Positions 1 to 12,775 of a stretch of DNA of 64,000 nucleotides are shown here, piece after piece. Position 1 is the stretch's first letter. Each line of letters opens with the position of its first letter. The translations under genes and the position numbers were made by a program. The notes under the pieces were generated by a model. It saw only the letters and a list, made by a program, of their open reading frames with translations, did no database searches and had not been told where the DNA came from. The stretch is from positions 1 to 64,000 of the forward strand of contig CAUYUJ010000002.1 of NCBI GenBank assembly GCA_963575745.1, read 5' to 3'. The DNA is from Prorocentrum cordatum (lineage: Eukaryota).

Positions 1-24
1 AAGAGGGAGGAGGGAGGAGGGAGC

Positions 25-75
<51 letters not shown>

Positions 76-95
76 GCTCCAGGAGCATGAGCAGG

Positions 96-127
<32 letters not shown>

Positions 128-208
128 CAGTAGCAGGAGCAGGAGCAGGAGCAAGAGAAGCAGGAGGAGGAGGAGGAGGAGGAGGAGGAGGAGGAGGAGG
201 AGGAGGAT
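1..208. repeat. (GCAGGA)n / (GAG)n low-complexity tract
   Basis: Directly visible hexamer and trinucleotide repeats. Similar (GAG)n/(CTC)n tracts recur throughout (e.g. 2140-2215, 10050-10410, 12105-12325, 43061-43121). Confidence 0.95.
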
Positions 209-2400
209 GAAAGCGCGAAGCGCATGATTGAATGCAAACTGGAGCGCAATGCGCTTGGTTGGAAGGGGCGCGAAGCGCATGATTGAATCTAAATTGGAGC
301 GCGAATTCAAACGTTGGAAGCAAACTGCAGCGCAACGAGCTTGATTCAAGTGAGCTGGAGCGCAAGCGCTGACAGCGCAGAACGTTGGAAAACAACCAAC
401 AGAAAACGCCATGGGGGCAGACATAACGCAAAAACAGCATAGAACAACATGTTGGAAACACTAACACATTCTATATTCGCAACGAGTTGTTGTAAATGGT
501 AACTTCCAGGAATTAGAGTGGTTGAATATAGGTTGAAGTTCGGTTTTAGAATGGTTTAAGATATTTTGACTATACTTTTCTAAAACGCATGGGGAACATG
601 AAAAGCTATCTGCCACGATTTCAACATAACTTCCATAACTCCAACTTTACTAGCGTATCTTAAACTTGACGATATCAGGAGGAGGTATGCGAACGCAGTG
701 CTCTGGATTGGGAACGAAAATAACGTCACGGCCGCCCCCGGGGGGCACCTCAAGGACGAGGACGGCGACGACCCCTGAGATCCTGGCGACTCCATTTTTT
801 CGAGCCAGGCGTTTTTGTATAATTTTTGGGCCCGGGACCCTCACGGATCGACCCGGCTCAAAAAATGGCGCAGGAAGATAGAGCCTAGGGGAACAAATAT
901 CACGACGGCGGGCGGCTCTGACCAAGTTTCGGTCCATGGGGGCCTTTACCGAGCCTGGGGAACGTCAAAAACGACTCGGAGGGAGAATCCGCGATCTCCA
1001 GGGGCCAACGTTGTGCACAAAATCAACACGTTGAGGACGAGGGTGACGATGAGGGCGGCTATCGGGGGTCGAGGACGGCGATCGAGGAGGGGGAGACGGC
1101 GACGACGAGGGCGGCGATCGGGGCTCGAGGACGACACCTGGAGAGGAGGTTTCCAGAATCGAGGACGGCGAGCGAGGATCGGTGCGGAGGACGACGACGA
1201 CGACGACGACCACCACCAAAACCACCACCACACCGATCGAGAACCGGCGGCGGGCGGCACCCCTGGAGTCAGTGGGAGCCGTCTGCGTGCCCCCCTCTCT
1301 CTCCGGTGCCTGGAATCTGGTCAGGAACTTTTGAATAGCGTGCCGCAGCGGGGGCCCCGACGACACGCTGTGCCCTGCGAGAGAATAGCGTGTCGTTCCG
1401 ATCCGCGGGGCGGGAGGTCGGGAAAGGCTTGGGACGTTGACGCCTGTGGACTGGGACATGGATAGCGTTTCGCGCCGAGGCGTGGTGGGCCAGAACCTGT
1501 GGGAGCGACACGCGACCCGACAGTTCCCGCCCGTACGGCCCTACGCGAGGGGGGTTGACAACACCCAGAAGAATAGATGCATGGTGACGTGACGACGACG
1601 AAGACGAACGACGCACGACGACGGCAGCCACGACACCAGGGCCAAAGAAGAGAACGCCGTGCGCCCAGAGGGACGAAGCGGGCGCGGCAGCGCTCACCGC
1701 AGGCGCTCGCACCATCGGCGCCAAGTTCCTCGCGGCTCAGTCCCCGTCCCCGTCCCGGACGGCGTGGCCAGCAGCAGGGCACGCTCGCGCCTCCTTGCAG
1801 CGGGCCCGACTGCGCGGCCGTCGACACCAGCAGCTTCTACGAAAGCTGGCATGACCTGCTCCTCGCCCATGTCGCCGTCCGCCGAGCCGCTGTGGGCCGA
1901 GCCGATCCGGCGGCCGGAGCCCGACCGGGCACGGGAGCCAGACCCCGGGCATCACGCATCGTGGCCCGCCTCGGCCGCGCGGCATGCGGCTCGGGCATTT
2001 TTGTTTGGTCCACCGCACAGCCCCTGGGCGGGCGGAAGGTGCAGAGGCGAGCCAGGGGAGGGCGGCGCGGCAAGCGCCCGTGGCGCTGGCTGGCAACGGG
2101 GGCCGCGCCCGTGCCGAGCTGGGACGGGGAGAGGGGGGGGAGGAGGGAGGAGGAGGAGGAGGAGGAGGAGGAGGAGGAGGAGGAGGAGGAGGAGGAGGAG
2201 GAGGAGGAGGAGCGCTGAGGAGGGTGGGCCCATGGAGGAGGAGAGGAGGGGAGGAGGAGGAGGGAGGGCGGAGAACCACCAGACTGGAGGGGGGGGGGGC
2301 AGGGCGACGGCGCGCCGACGACCACCAGGTCGACGACAGCAACGGCGACGGCGAAGACGACGACGCCCACGCCGGTTCCGACGAAGACGCCGGCAATTGA

Positions 2401-2621
2401 GCAGGGATCGACCGTCTGGACACTCCTGCAGGAATTCTACAGAATGGCCTTCAAACCAAAGCATGTTCTAAATACAACAGCAATGCTCTTTCAACTAGAC
2501 CCGATGGATTGGAGCAAGACTGCCTTAGTCAGGAATGATATAATAAAATTTCGTGCAAACCACAAAAGGTTATTAGAGCATTATTAAAGGGTCTAGGCAA
2601 GTCAGGGCACTTCTCAACTGC
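2401..2621. mobile_element. AT-rich MITE-like insertion, GCAG...CTGC termini, 4-bp TSD TTGA
   Basis: TTGA(2397-2400)|GCAGGGATCGAC...CAACTGC|TTGA(2622-2625). It interrupts a (GAC)n-rich tract, and its left end matches the element at 43222. Confidence 0.6.
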
Positions 2622-2778
2622 TTGAGACAACGACGAAGACGGCGCGGATGCCGCCGACGACGACGACGACAACCACGACAACCGCGACGACGACGACGAC
2701 GAGGGCGATGACGAGGGCGACAACGGCGACTCCGACGATGCTGCCGCCGCCGACGATGACGACGACGACAACGACGAC

Positions 2779-2819
<41 letters not shown>

Positions 2820-2929
2820 CACCGACGACAAGGACGGCGACGGCGGCGACGATGGGGCCGACACGGGCCGCGACGCTGACGACGCCGACGGCGGCCAAGG
2901 GCGCCCCGAAGAGCGCTGCCACCGCCGCC

Positions 2930-2985
2930 CGCACCCACGGGTGCTCGGCCAGCAGCCACGCGGCCGGCGCCCGCCGGGCTGGGTC
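2930..2985 (-). CDS. Ser/Thr kinase exon (subdomain XI), Aurora-like; 3' end approximate
   Basis: CAG|GAC acceptor at 2985, then DPARRAPAAWLLAEHPWV (DP..R...HPW motif), in phase 0 with the exon at 6859-6939. Confidence 0.7.
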
Positions 2986-3888
2986 CTGGCCGCCGCCCGC
3001 CGCCGCCGCCGCCGGCGTCGCCGTTGCCGCCGTCGTCGCAGCCGCCGCCGGGTCTGAGGTCGAGGAGCAAGAATAAGAAGAAAGAGCCATGGTAACCTCC
3101 TCCTCCTCCTTCTCCTTCTCCTCCTTCAGCTCCTTCGCCTTCTCAGCATCCGCCCTCCCATATCGTCGTCCTCCCGCTCCCTCTCCGCCCCACTGCTCAT
3201 GCTCCTCCATCTGTCCCTTCGCGAGGGCGGAGGACGGCGGAGTAGGGATGAGGAGGAGGAGGGAGGTGGGAGCATGGAAATGCTTTAAAGGGATGTCTGT
3301 GATGTCAGCGGTTTTATGGAATTCCAGTGCCGTCTAGCGAGCGCTACGAGGAGGTGGAGGAATCCTCCTGCTCGTCGTCCTCCCCCAAGTCCCTTCTCCG
3401 CCCCCCACCCCCCCGCATGGGTCCTCAACGTCATAAGTATTGCCATCGATCCCAGGGGCTCGAAAGAGGAAAAGGCTTCAACTTTTGAGAGCTGGGTGCT
3501 TGGCGCCTTTGGGCCTCCGTAGGCCTCCGTAGGCCTCACGGGGCTAGCATGCACGTCCAGGGGTCTGGGGCAGGGCTGGACCTCAACGTTGCTTTTCGTT
3601 TTGTGTTCGGTTTGTGTTTCGTTTTGCTCTGCCTGTTTTCATGTACCTCCCTCCCGAAACGCAAAAAACAAAGCACAGCCGAAGTCCAGCAAAACAGCGT
3701 TTAGGTCTAGCCCTGGACTGGGACAACCAGGGATCTGGGGTTGTCCAGCGCGCGCGTTTGCTGCGTTGCGCTTCTCGCCTCGCCGCCAAATCCCGCGTCG
3801 TGTGACGTGCCGTCCGTCTGCCCTGCTCCCTCCGTGCGAGCTGCGCAGCATGTACGGCAGCCAGGCGGAGTGTCTCAGCCGGCTACAG

Positions 3889-4197
3889 CTACTTCTTGGA
3901 CTTGGACGCCTTCAGCATGGCTGCATCCTTCTCCTCCTGCAGCTCCTTGAGGCGCTGCTCCCGGGCCGCAGACTTCTTCTCCTCGATCTTTTTCTGCGCC
4001 TCCTTCTGGGCAGCCAGGCGCTCCTCCTTCTCCTCTGCGGTGCACTTCATGCCGCGCTTCGCGTAGGCCTGGTTGCGGACAAACTTGCAGTTCATGCCCT
4101 GCATTGACATCTTCTTTGGGCGCCTCGTCTTCTTGATGCCATTCCTGTGGTTCTTGTAGACCTGGTTGTGGCCGGTGTGGTTCTTGGACTTCGCCAT
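3889..4197 (-). CDS. RPL29: 60S ribosomal protein L29 (eL29), intronless retrocopy, intact ORF
   Basis: [23 protein letters not shown] is the eL29 signature, followed by [10 protein letters not shown] and a Lys/Glu-rich extension. Confidence 0.95.
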   Translation of the reverse strand: MAKSKNHTGHNQVYKNHRNGIKKTRRPKKMSMQGMNCKFVRNQAYAKRGMKCTAEEKEERLAAQKEAQKKIEEKKSAAREQRLKELQEEKDAAMLKASKSKK

Positions 4198-4235
4198 CGG
4201 CCCTGAGATAGCAGCGGTGGTCCGGAGCTCGGTGG

Positions 4236-4257
4236 CTTAACCCAAAACCGCTACGGA
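4236..4257 (-). other. Relic dinoflagellate spliced leader (DinoSL) upstream of RPL29
   Basis: The minus strand reads TCCGTAGCGGTTTTGGGTTAAG versus DCCGTAGCCATTTTGGCTCAAG (18/22), 38 nt before the ATG. Confidence 0.9.
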
Positions 4258-4459
4258 CCTTACAACGCACTGGGGGCAAATACAAAACGACATGTGTAGC
4301 CTCAGACTGGCACTCGACTAAACGAATGAAATATATCAATGACAGGCGCATCCCACCGGACAGGATACCAGATGACAACCACACGCAAAAACACAAGATG
4401 CTGGCGAAGGAACCAATGGCAGTTGAGCACCGCAGGGCAAGCGAGACGATTGAGGGGGA

Positions 4460-5180
4460 ACTCCGTAGGGGGCCGCGAGCCGCGTGAGGGGTGTGCCAAC
4501 GTGGGGCGGGTACCACGTACCACATGCGGGCTGCTGGGGAAACGTATGCGATGACGGCCGCAGGGACCTTCGGAGCAGCTCCGGATAGGGGCCACGAGAC
4601 ATGCGAGGGGCGTGCCGAGATTGGCGGGGGGAGCGCGCGTGAGGACGGCCGCAGGGACTTGTGGAGCTCCCTTGTGGGGCCGCGATCCTTGTGAGGCGTG
4701 TGTCGAAATGGGTGGGTTGGACGCATGCGGGCGGCGCTCCTGGGACCTTCGGAGGAGCTCCCTTATTGGGCCGCGATCCTTGTGAGGCGTGCGCCGAAAT
4801 GGGTGGGTTGGACGCATGCGGGCGGCGCTCCTGGGACCTTCGGTGGAGCTCCCTTTGGAGCCACGATCCTGAGGAGGGGTGTGCAGAAATATGTTGGTCG
4901 GACGCATGCGGGCGGCGCTCCTGGGACCTTCGGAGGAGCTCCCTTATGGGGCCACAATCCTCGTGAAGGGGTGCGCCGAAGTTGATGGGTCGGACGCATG
5001 CGGACGGCGCCCCTGGGACCTTCGGAGGAGCTCCCTGATGGGGCCACGATCTTGAGGAGGGGTGTGCCGAAATGGGTGGGTCGGACGCATGCGTGGGTCG
5101 GACGCATGCGGGCGGCGCCGTCGACGAAGCTCCCGAACTATGGGGCCGCGATCCTCGTGAGGGGTGTGCCGAAACAGAGA
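4460..5180. repeat. ~90-bp minisatellite
   Basis: Repeated GGACGCATGCGGGCGGCGCTCCTGGGACCTTCGGAGGAGCTCCC..GGGCCRCGATCC units. Confidence 0.9.
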
Positions 5181-5977
5181 CATGCGGACAGCAGAGGCCA
5201 GGGTGGGAGGAGGGAGGAGGGGGAGGAGGAGAGGAGAGGAAAAGAAAGGAGGAATAATCTTCAAAACGATGACCCACTGGGAAAAGCGAAGACATGTTGA
5301 ACAGGGTTGAAGTTCACGAGTGAATGCCGGCAAGACAATTAACAACACATCACACACAAGCAACCGATGTCAAAGGAAATGCAGACATCAAACACAAAGG
5401 AATGCAATGCCAAGAAATGATCTGGGAACCGCGGGTCGCCGACGCGCCCTGCAGTCAGCGAGGAGCACTGAGGGCTGCATCGTGGAAAGATCATTCGCAC
5501 CACCGTACGCGTCCGACTGTGCTGTGATGTGTTCAACTGGGGCAAGTGCAGTATACTAACTGCACGGCCGGGTCCGGCGTAACTCTGGTTTGGGCCCCCG
5601 ACGCAGGAACCAGGATCCCCGACCACCCCCAGCCCCGATGACTCGGGAGTGGTTGGGCGCCCGACCCATCGAGCATAACTCTGGTCTGAAGCAACTCCCA
5701 TGTGGGCCACCGGGGCACGAGGCAGGAGCTCCCCCGGACCACCCCGAGCCCTGATGATTCGGGGCTCCGAAGTACAGGAAGCAGGGTGGAGAAGCTGGTG
5801 GTGTAGACGCGCATGCTGCCTGGGTGCAGGCGAAGAGGCCCGCACGCCAGCAGGCGCACGAGCACACAAGCATGCGCAACCCGCGATGGCAGGCACGACC
5901 GTGAGCAATCAAGCGAGCATGAGCTGCCCGCAGGCGCAGCCGGGCAAGATCACAGACATGCGCAATCCACGTGAGCG

Positions 5978-6135
5978 ACACAAAAAACGGGTCTCACGCG
6001 AGGTGGCATGGCGTCCACCCGCGGTGGCTCATGCGGGCCGCCAGCGCGCCAGGCCACATTGGAGACGAGGGTGACTGCGCGCGACCTTACGCGGGCAGCT
6101 CAGGCGCAGCCCCCCGCTTTCTTCAGGCACTCAGA
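5978..6135 (+). repeat. Dispersed repeat, diverged copy at about 11470-11640
   Basis: AAAAAACGGGTCT...CGGTGGCTCAYGCGGG..GCCAG...ACGAGGG...CCCGCTTTCTTC is shared by both loci. Confidence 0.6.
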
Positions 6136-6858
6136 TGCGCTGACCGCACGCCGACAAGCAGGGCAAGCAAGCACATGCGCCGACCGCATGCAGCATGCAG
6201 ACACGCGGAAGAAGCAAGCAAACACGCATGCTGGACCCACATGCGCAAGCCGCGTTCGCGACCCGCGTGCGAGTGCCACACACATGGCCTTCAGAGCAGA
6301 GCATGTTTTTTTTCGGCTACGCGTACGTCGCGAGAAAGTTAGAGAGAACCATCACTTCACAGATCTCGCCCGATCGTGACGCAGACGTACTTAAACATAC
6401 CAGTGCCACTGTCGTCCACAGGCGCGCAAGCGGAAATTGCCGCTTGTCACACCATCAATCGACATAGAGCAGAACGCCACCGCCGTCATAGCGCACAGAA
6501 CTTCAAAAGCGAAGCGACGGCGGGGACAGTAATCATACAACCCAGAGTTTTAAAATCCACGGGCGACTTGGATCCCCAATAATCCCTCACGATTTCGATC
6601 CAAGCGGATCCCCTGGGCACCCTGAACATCATGGAATCAATTCTTCCCAGAGCCGATCAGTCTGACAACAAGGACGCAGTTACAGAATCAGGCTCGCACG
6701 CCATCCGCGCTCCACCGCCCCTCCATCCTGTGACTGAGCAGTTTCTTCGAATACAGAACATAATTTCGAACTGAACCGAGCAACTGAAGTCCCCTCCCCA
6801 GACCAGCAACGAACACCATGAAGGTGCAACATGTCTGCTGTCTGGCAGCCAGCCCCTC

Positions 6859-6939
6859 CCGCTGCAGAAGGCAGTGGAACAGGTGGATGGCGTCGTTCGT
6901 GAGAAGACCAGGAGGGTAGCGCAGATCGACGGAGAGCAC
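6859..6939 (-). CDS. Ser/Thr kinase exon (subdomain X-XI)
   Basis: 81-nt phase-0 exon VLSVDLRYPPGLLTNDAIHLFHCLLQR with CAG|GTG acceptor and an inferred GA donor. Confidence 0.75.
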
Positions 6940-7749
6940 CTGCTACCGGCTGGCATCCATGTCTGACTCTCACTCGCCCTCTTGTCCTAACACCCCGTCT
7001 CTCTCTCTCTCTCAACATATCAATATCTCTCTCTCCACCCTCGCTCCACTTCTATTGCCGTAGCCCTTTGCATGTACAGTTACCTCGCTCTCTCCCATTT
7101 TCTCATTATCTTTCTCCTTCGCTGTTTATGTCTTTCCTAATGTGTCTCTCTCTCTCTTTGTTTTCTCTCTCTCTCTCTCTCTCCCCACACACCGCTCCCC
7201 AGTTTGCAAGAACTCGCAACTTGACGCATCGTCCCGAACTCGCAAGGCTCACGACAGGCTCTCCGCCCGATCGCACAGGCGCAGTCGCAGAAAGGCGGCG
7301 AACGAAAGTGCCCAGCAACGGTCGCGAGCTGTTGCTGGCGGACTTGGTCGAGACTGGCAGCAAGACAACAACGGCCCCTGCGCCCAACCGGCCACTGCCC
7401 TGCCACAGTCCGCGAAGTCCTTCTATAAGGGACAACATCTGACTCACAGAGACGCCAGGCAAACCCGCAACGCCACACAAGCCGACCTGCCAGTGGCAAA
7501 CTCGCGCAGGGAACCCCAGCCTCGGGGCACAACATAGTTACACTGACAGCAAGAGCTACCCATCACAACTTTTGCCCGGGTATTTCCGTGCAGGGAAAGC
7601 GAGGGGGGAAGAATAGTAGGAGGAAGAGGAGGAGAAGGGCGAGCGTCGACAGAGCGCTCTCGCCCGCGCCCAACAGCACGCTCTCGCGCTCGACGCCTGC
7701 GGCGCTCGGAGGGGCCGGGCCGAGGCGGGGAGAACGCACGACGGCGCCC

Positions 7750-8014
7750 GGCCCACTCCAGACGTGGCGCCCGCACGGCGCGACCTGCCGAAGCCTCGCC
7801 CACGACCACCCCCCGATGCGGTGGGAGCCGGCTGGTGGTGCGGCCCGCCGCCGAGGCGTCGACCACGGCCGCCCCCATGGGACGGACGTCGGCTGGCGTT
7901 AGGGGCCATCGCCGGCGCGGCCTCGGACGATGCCGCTCCTGTGCTCGAGGCGGGGACACCGTCCAGACCCGCCGCCGGGGGACTCGACGTCCTGGGGCGC
8001 CAGCGGGCGGTGGA

Positions 8015-8050
<36 letters not shown>

Positions 8051-9200
8051 ATATTTCGACCCCAGGGGGCCCGAACACGTCCACATCCACCGCCTGCCAT
8101 GGTCCCCGAAGATCGGCCACTCGAGGCGGTGGCTCGGAGGAATACCTCCCCGCCTCGGAGCCTGGCACCGCCCGGGGCCCGCCCGAGGCCTCGCCGCATC
8201 GCAGCAGATCGCCGCACCGCTGGGCGTGGACGGGAGGAAGCGACAGGGAACGGCGCGAAGGCTCGCCCCAGCGGCGAGCCCCGGGGGGGACGCGAGCGGG
8301 GCCAGGCCCTCTCAAGGGCGGCGGAGCTCCTCGGAGGCCCTCGCCCTCCTCGGAGGCCCCTGCGCGCCAGCTCTGAAGCCGCAGGCAGCTTCTCTGAGGG
8401 CGCGCGGGCCTCCGAGGAGCCCCGCCGCCTTTCTGGTAAACAAATGTTTGAAGAAAAGGCCCGCCGCCTCTCGTTTCATTGCCCCCCGGGCTTGCCGCGA
8501 TCGCTGCCCTGGGCCTGTGCCCTGCCGTTGAGAGGGCGGAGCTGCCCCCCTGCAGGGGGGCCTGCGGGGAGTGGCGGGCTCGAGAGGCGAGCACGGGCAC
8601 GGACGAGATGGGCCCGCCAAGGCCCAGGCCCCCGAGGTCACGACGCTTCAGAGCGTCGACCCCCGGAGGTCTCGACAACTTCCCCCTGGGGGCAACGATG
8701 GGGGTGAGCCAGCTCAAGGGGGGAACCATCGAGCCTCAATCGGCGATGCATCGCCGACAGATCGGCGATAGGCCCTCGATCACGAATCCGCACGTTGCTG
8801 AGCGGGATGGGGCTACCAGAGCCCCATCGGCGATCATTGGGCGAGTTAGGGGTCGATGCACCCTCCCCCCCCCCGAGGCTCGATCGCTGCCCTCGAGGAC
8901 GGCCGGCCCGCCGTGCCTCCGACGCCTTGAGAAGAAAGACGCGCGATTGTTACTGGTCTGCGCTTACGCCTCGGAAGGCCGCCTCCGGGCTCCGAAACCG
9001 TCCGGGACAAAGTCCGGGACTGGAGGCCGTCCCTGCGGCAAGGGGGGTCGGGACCTGACCGCGGGGGTCCCGCGGCCCCCGGGGAAGAGCGCTGCGTCGG
9101 GATGCGTCGGGGCCCTGGCGCGCCTATCGGGGGCGGCCAAGAGGGGGGCGTCCAAGAGGTGGGGGCGCAAACCATGGCCGGCGGCGTGTGCGCGGCAGAA
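7750..9200 (-). pseudogene. Highly decayed Ty3/Gypsy pol (RNase H to integrase)
   Basis: Ordered degenerate motifs across frames: LLDAPLLAAPD...HPDA (RT-RNH link), RRPVTIAR, PRGKLSRPPGVDALKR (G.N..ADALSR) and GPWQAVDVDVFGP (integrase start). It is interrupted by (TA)n at 8018-8047. Confidence 0.55.
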
Positions 9201-9780
9201 GGGGAGGCCAGAGACGGAATGACATAAGAAGACGCGCCATGAAATCCGAGGAAAAATCATGGCCAACGCCATGATATCCCCCCCCCTAGTCATCGCCCCC
9301 CTCTTGGCCGCCCCCGAGCTTCTCTATGTCTCCTTCTCGCGGGCCCATGGCGCTCCCCGCGAGATGCCCCGAGCTGCCTGACCGGGGCCGTCCGCGGCGG
9401 CAGCACCGCCGACGACCGCGCGAGCGGTCAGCAGAGCCGAAGCCGACCGAGCGTGGCATGCCGCGAGCAGCCGAGAAGGACAGGGATCCTGCGCGGCAGC
9501 GAGGCAGCAGCCGACCGAGCCGACCGAACGCGACCCCCGAGCCGACGGCGCGAGCAAAACAGGGAGCCTCGCGACAAAAACCACGACGGGGTAGCCCTGG
9601 ACCCTGGGTTTCGCTCTGTGAGGATCCCGGGGCCCGAAAGAAGGCGGAGACGCCCAGCGTGCAGGAAAGGAGCAGTGCCCAAACCCCAGCCGGAACCCTG
9701 GATTTCGCTCTATGAGGATCCCAGGGCCCGAAAGAGGATGGAGGCGCCCGGCATGCCGGCAAGGAGCAGCGCCTGGATCT

Positions 9781-10014
9781 CAGCGACCGACTGCGACGCA
9801 GCTGCACCGACCGACCCGCATACACCCCTGCTGTGGCACTGGACGAGGGCCTCCGCCGCCACCGCCAGGCGACCTCCTCCTCCTGCTTCTCCTTCCTCCT
9901 CCTCCTCCTCCTCGCCCAGATGTCAGCGACCGACTGCGACGCAGCTGCACCGACCGACTCGCGTACACCCCTGCTGTGGCACTGGACGAGGGCCTCCGCC
10001 GCCACCGCCAGGCG
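9781..10014. repeat. Near-perfect ~92-bp local duplication
   Basis: CAGCGACCGACTGCGACGCAGCTGCACC...GCCAGGCGA occurs at about 9781 and 9923. Confidence 0.85.
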
Positions 10015-10617
10015 ATGACGGGCCAGCGCAGGGAGCACGGGATGGGAGGAGGGTGAGGATGAGGATGAGGAGGAGGAGGAGGAGGAGGAGGAGGAGGAGA
10101 GGAGGAGGAGGAGAAGGAGGAAGGAGGAGAAGGAGGGGAGGAGGAGGGAGGAGGAGGGGGAGGGGGAGGAGAGGAGGAGGAGGAGGAGGAGGAGGAGGAG
10201 GAGGAGGAGGAGAAGGAGGGAGGAGGAGGGAGGAGGAGGAGAGATGGAGGAGAGGAGGAGGGAGAGGAGGAGAGGAGGAGGAGGAGGAGGAGGAGGAGGG
10301 AGGAGGGAGGAGGGAGGAGGGAGGAGAGAGGAGGAGGAGGAGGAGGAGAGGAGGGAGGCGGGAGGATGGGAGGAGGGAGGAGGGAGGAGGGAGGAGGGAG
10401 GAGGGAGGATGAATCACATCTCGGCGCCCTCCTGGGGGGCGCCGTGCGCGGTGGGAGCCTGCTCACGGGGACGAGCACGGGCAGGGCAGGGGCACAGAGC
10501 TCCGAGATCCGGCGGCTCTGCCACGTGTCATCGGGCGCCGCGGCCTCCTTAGAGCGCCAGGGGACCCTCGGAGAGCGCACCAAAACGCTCTGGAACGATG
10601 CATCTCTGACCTAATTA

Positions 10618-10805
10618 CGGCAGGTTCGCGTCGTGTCGACCCCGGCGTTGGTTTCTGACACCGCGGGGATCGTTCAACCTTGAACGATCGGCCGCTGCCG
10701 CAACGTCCGATCGTTCAACATCGATCGATTCTGGGTCGCCGGCGGCGTTCAACCTTGAACGCCCGCGCTGGGGTCGCCGCTGGTCGACACGACGCAAACC
10801 TACCG
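10618..10805. mobile_element. MITE with ~25-bp TIRs and TA TSD (Tc1/mariner-like)
   Basis: TA|CGGCAGGTTCGCGTCGTGTCGACC...GGTCGACACGACGCAAACCTACCG|TA, with internal CGTTCAACCTTGAACG palindromes. Confidence 0.8.
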
Positions 10806-11084
10806 TAGTCCCGCTCGAGCCTGCTTCGGGGGAAGCAGAGCCCTGTCTTCTAAAACGCCCGTCTGGGAAAACGATCCGGGACCAGAACCAGCGGGCGCAG
10901 GCCCGCAAAAAACGCAGTCGCGACCCCCCCCCCCCCGAGAACCGAGAAAGAGCAATTCGCTGGTCGACACGTTGGCAGGGAAAGTGCTCTGTCAACCTCT
11001 GACCGTCAAGCGCGCCGCGGGGACGTGCGTCGAGATCCTCCGGCTCTTCCCGCACCCTCCCCCGTGGCCCGCACAGCCGCGCGC

Positions 11085-11147
11085 CTTCTGGCGGATCTCC
11101 TCCTGGCTGCCCCAGAACGGCGCGTGGCCCACCAGCAGCTCGTAGAC
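11085..11147 (-). CDS. Ser/Thr kinase exon (subdomain IX-X), Aurora-like
   Basis: 63-nt phase-0 exon VYELLVGHAPFWGSQEEIRQK (YELLVG.PF motif) with CAG|G acceptor and AAG|GC donor. Confidence 0.8.
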
Positions 11148-11270
11148 CTGCGCTCGGGGCGGGCAACAGAAGTCGGGGAGCTCGCACATCTACTTCACGA
11201 GGCACAGCAAGAGCGTGGGAAAAGCGGAAGAAACAATCGGGCAGACTGGATGAGGAGAGGGTAGCGCTAA

Positions 11271-11450
11271 GTCGGGCCTGTCCCCCTACATGGGGATTTT
11301 CGGCAATTTTTTTTTATACCCCAAACATGCCCCAAACAGGCAAACATACTCAAAAATAGTCCCCAAACTAATGTTTGGACTATTTATTGACTATTTTGGA
11401 GTATTTCTTATTTTTCGTCGAAAATCCCCCTGTAGAGGGACACGCCCGAC
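11271..11450. mobile_element. MITE with ~35-bp TIRs
   Basis: CTAA|GTCGGGCCTGTCCCCCTACATGGGGATTTTCG...CGAAAATCCCCCTGTAGAGGGACACGCCCGAC|TTAA around an AT-rich core. The TSD is TA or TTAA-like. Confidence 0.8.
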
Positions 11451-12445
11451 TTAAACATACACCCGCGCGAAAAAAAAACGGGTCTTATGCACGATGCCAC
11501 TGCGATCCTCCACGGTGGCTCACGCGGGTCGCCAGTGCGGCACGCTGCATGGGAAACGAGGGCGCCTATGTGCGACACTGCGCGGGAAACTCACGCGCGA
11601 ATGTCCGCGCAGTCGATCCCGCTTTCTTCCGCCACTCGCCTGGAGCAGGAGAGAAGCCAAGATGACACCTTCGGCCTCCATGAATGCACGCGGGCACGCC
11701 TGAGACTTGCACGCTCCTCCCGTATACTGTCCTGAGGAGTCCCTTCTCGAACATGGGGGGACGCCGTAGCGCTCGCTCTGCTGCACCCCACTACAGGACC
11801 CCAAACTGCCGCGCGGCGCTTGTAGCGCCTGTAGCCGGGCACTGCCAAGATCAACTCATTGGGAAGGTGCACTGGGAAGGTGGGGCACGCTTGGGTACGG
11901 GGCGGCAAGGCGCGAAAATACATGCGGATGCTCTGAATCAAGTTCTCCACGGGAGTGGGACAGAGGACAGAGAACAGACGCTGTCAGGCTGCCCCCCGCC
12001 GGGAATCGTTGGAGGCCGCGGGCATGAGCGCCTCCGAGGGGCGGTGCGAGTCGGCCAGAGGGTGCCCTTCAGACCCGTCTTGGGCGGACGGCCAGGGGAG
12101 GAAAGGGAGGAGGAGGAGGAGAAGGAGGAGGAGGAGGAGGAGGAGGAGGAGCAGCAGTAGGAGGAGGAGGAGGAGGAGGAGGAGGGGGAGGGGGAGGAGG
12201 GGGAGGAGAGGAGGGAGGGGGAGGAGGAGGAGGAGGAGGAGGAGGAGGAGGAGGAGAGGAGGAGGAGGGAGAGGAGGAGGAGGAGGGAGGAGGAGGAGGA
12301 GGAGGAAGGAGGAGGAGGAGGAGGGTCCCGGAGGACCCGCCAGAGTTCTCCGGAGGCCTCCGCAGGTCGGAGGCCCCCGCGCGGTCCCTCCGTGTCGCGA
12401 GCGCGGCGCCCGAACCGGACCGGACGGGGAGCGGGGAGCGTCCTC

Positions 12446-12764
12446 GATGTGCCCCGGGCTTAGGAGAGATCCTACGCTCTCAGCATGCGCTGTGCGCAAG
12501 TCTGCCGTGGCGTGCCTGCGCTTGCGCGCGCGCGTGCGTCCGTGGAATGATGTGCCCCGGGCTTAGGAGAGATCCTACGCCCTTAGCATGCGCTGTGCGC
12601 AAGTCTGCCGTGGCGTGCCTGTGCTTGCGCGTGCGCGTGCGTCCGTGGAATGATGTGCCCCGGGCTTAGGAGAGATCCTACGCTCTCAGCATGCGCTGTG
12701 CGCAAGTCTGCCGTGGCGTGCCTGCGCTTGCGCGCGCGCGCGCGTGCGTCCGTGGAATGATGTG
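12446..12764. repeat. ~103-bp tandem repeat x3
   Basis: GATGTGCCCCGGGCTTAGGAGAGATCCTACGC...CCGTGGAAT occurs three times. Confidence 0.95.
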
Positions 12765-12775
12765 CATGTGCTATA

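Noticed and set aside
5745..5780. Hammerhead core CTGATGA followed by a hairpin
   Set aside because: There is no GAAA after stem II, and the tandem copy at about 5635 lacks CTGA.
8050..9250. Degenerate LSU rRNA fragment
   Set aside because: No conserved rRNA motif was found, and ordered Gypsy RNase H/integrase motifs explain the region better.
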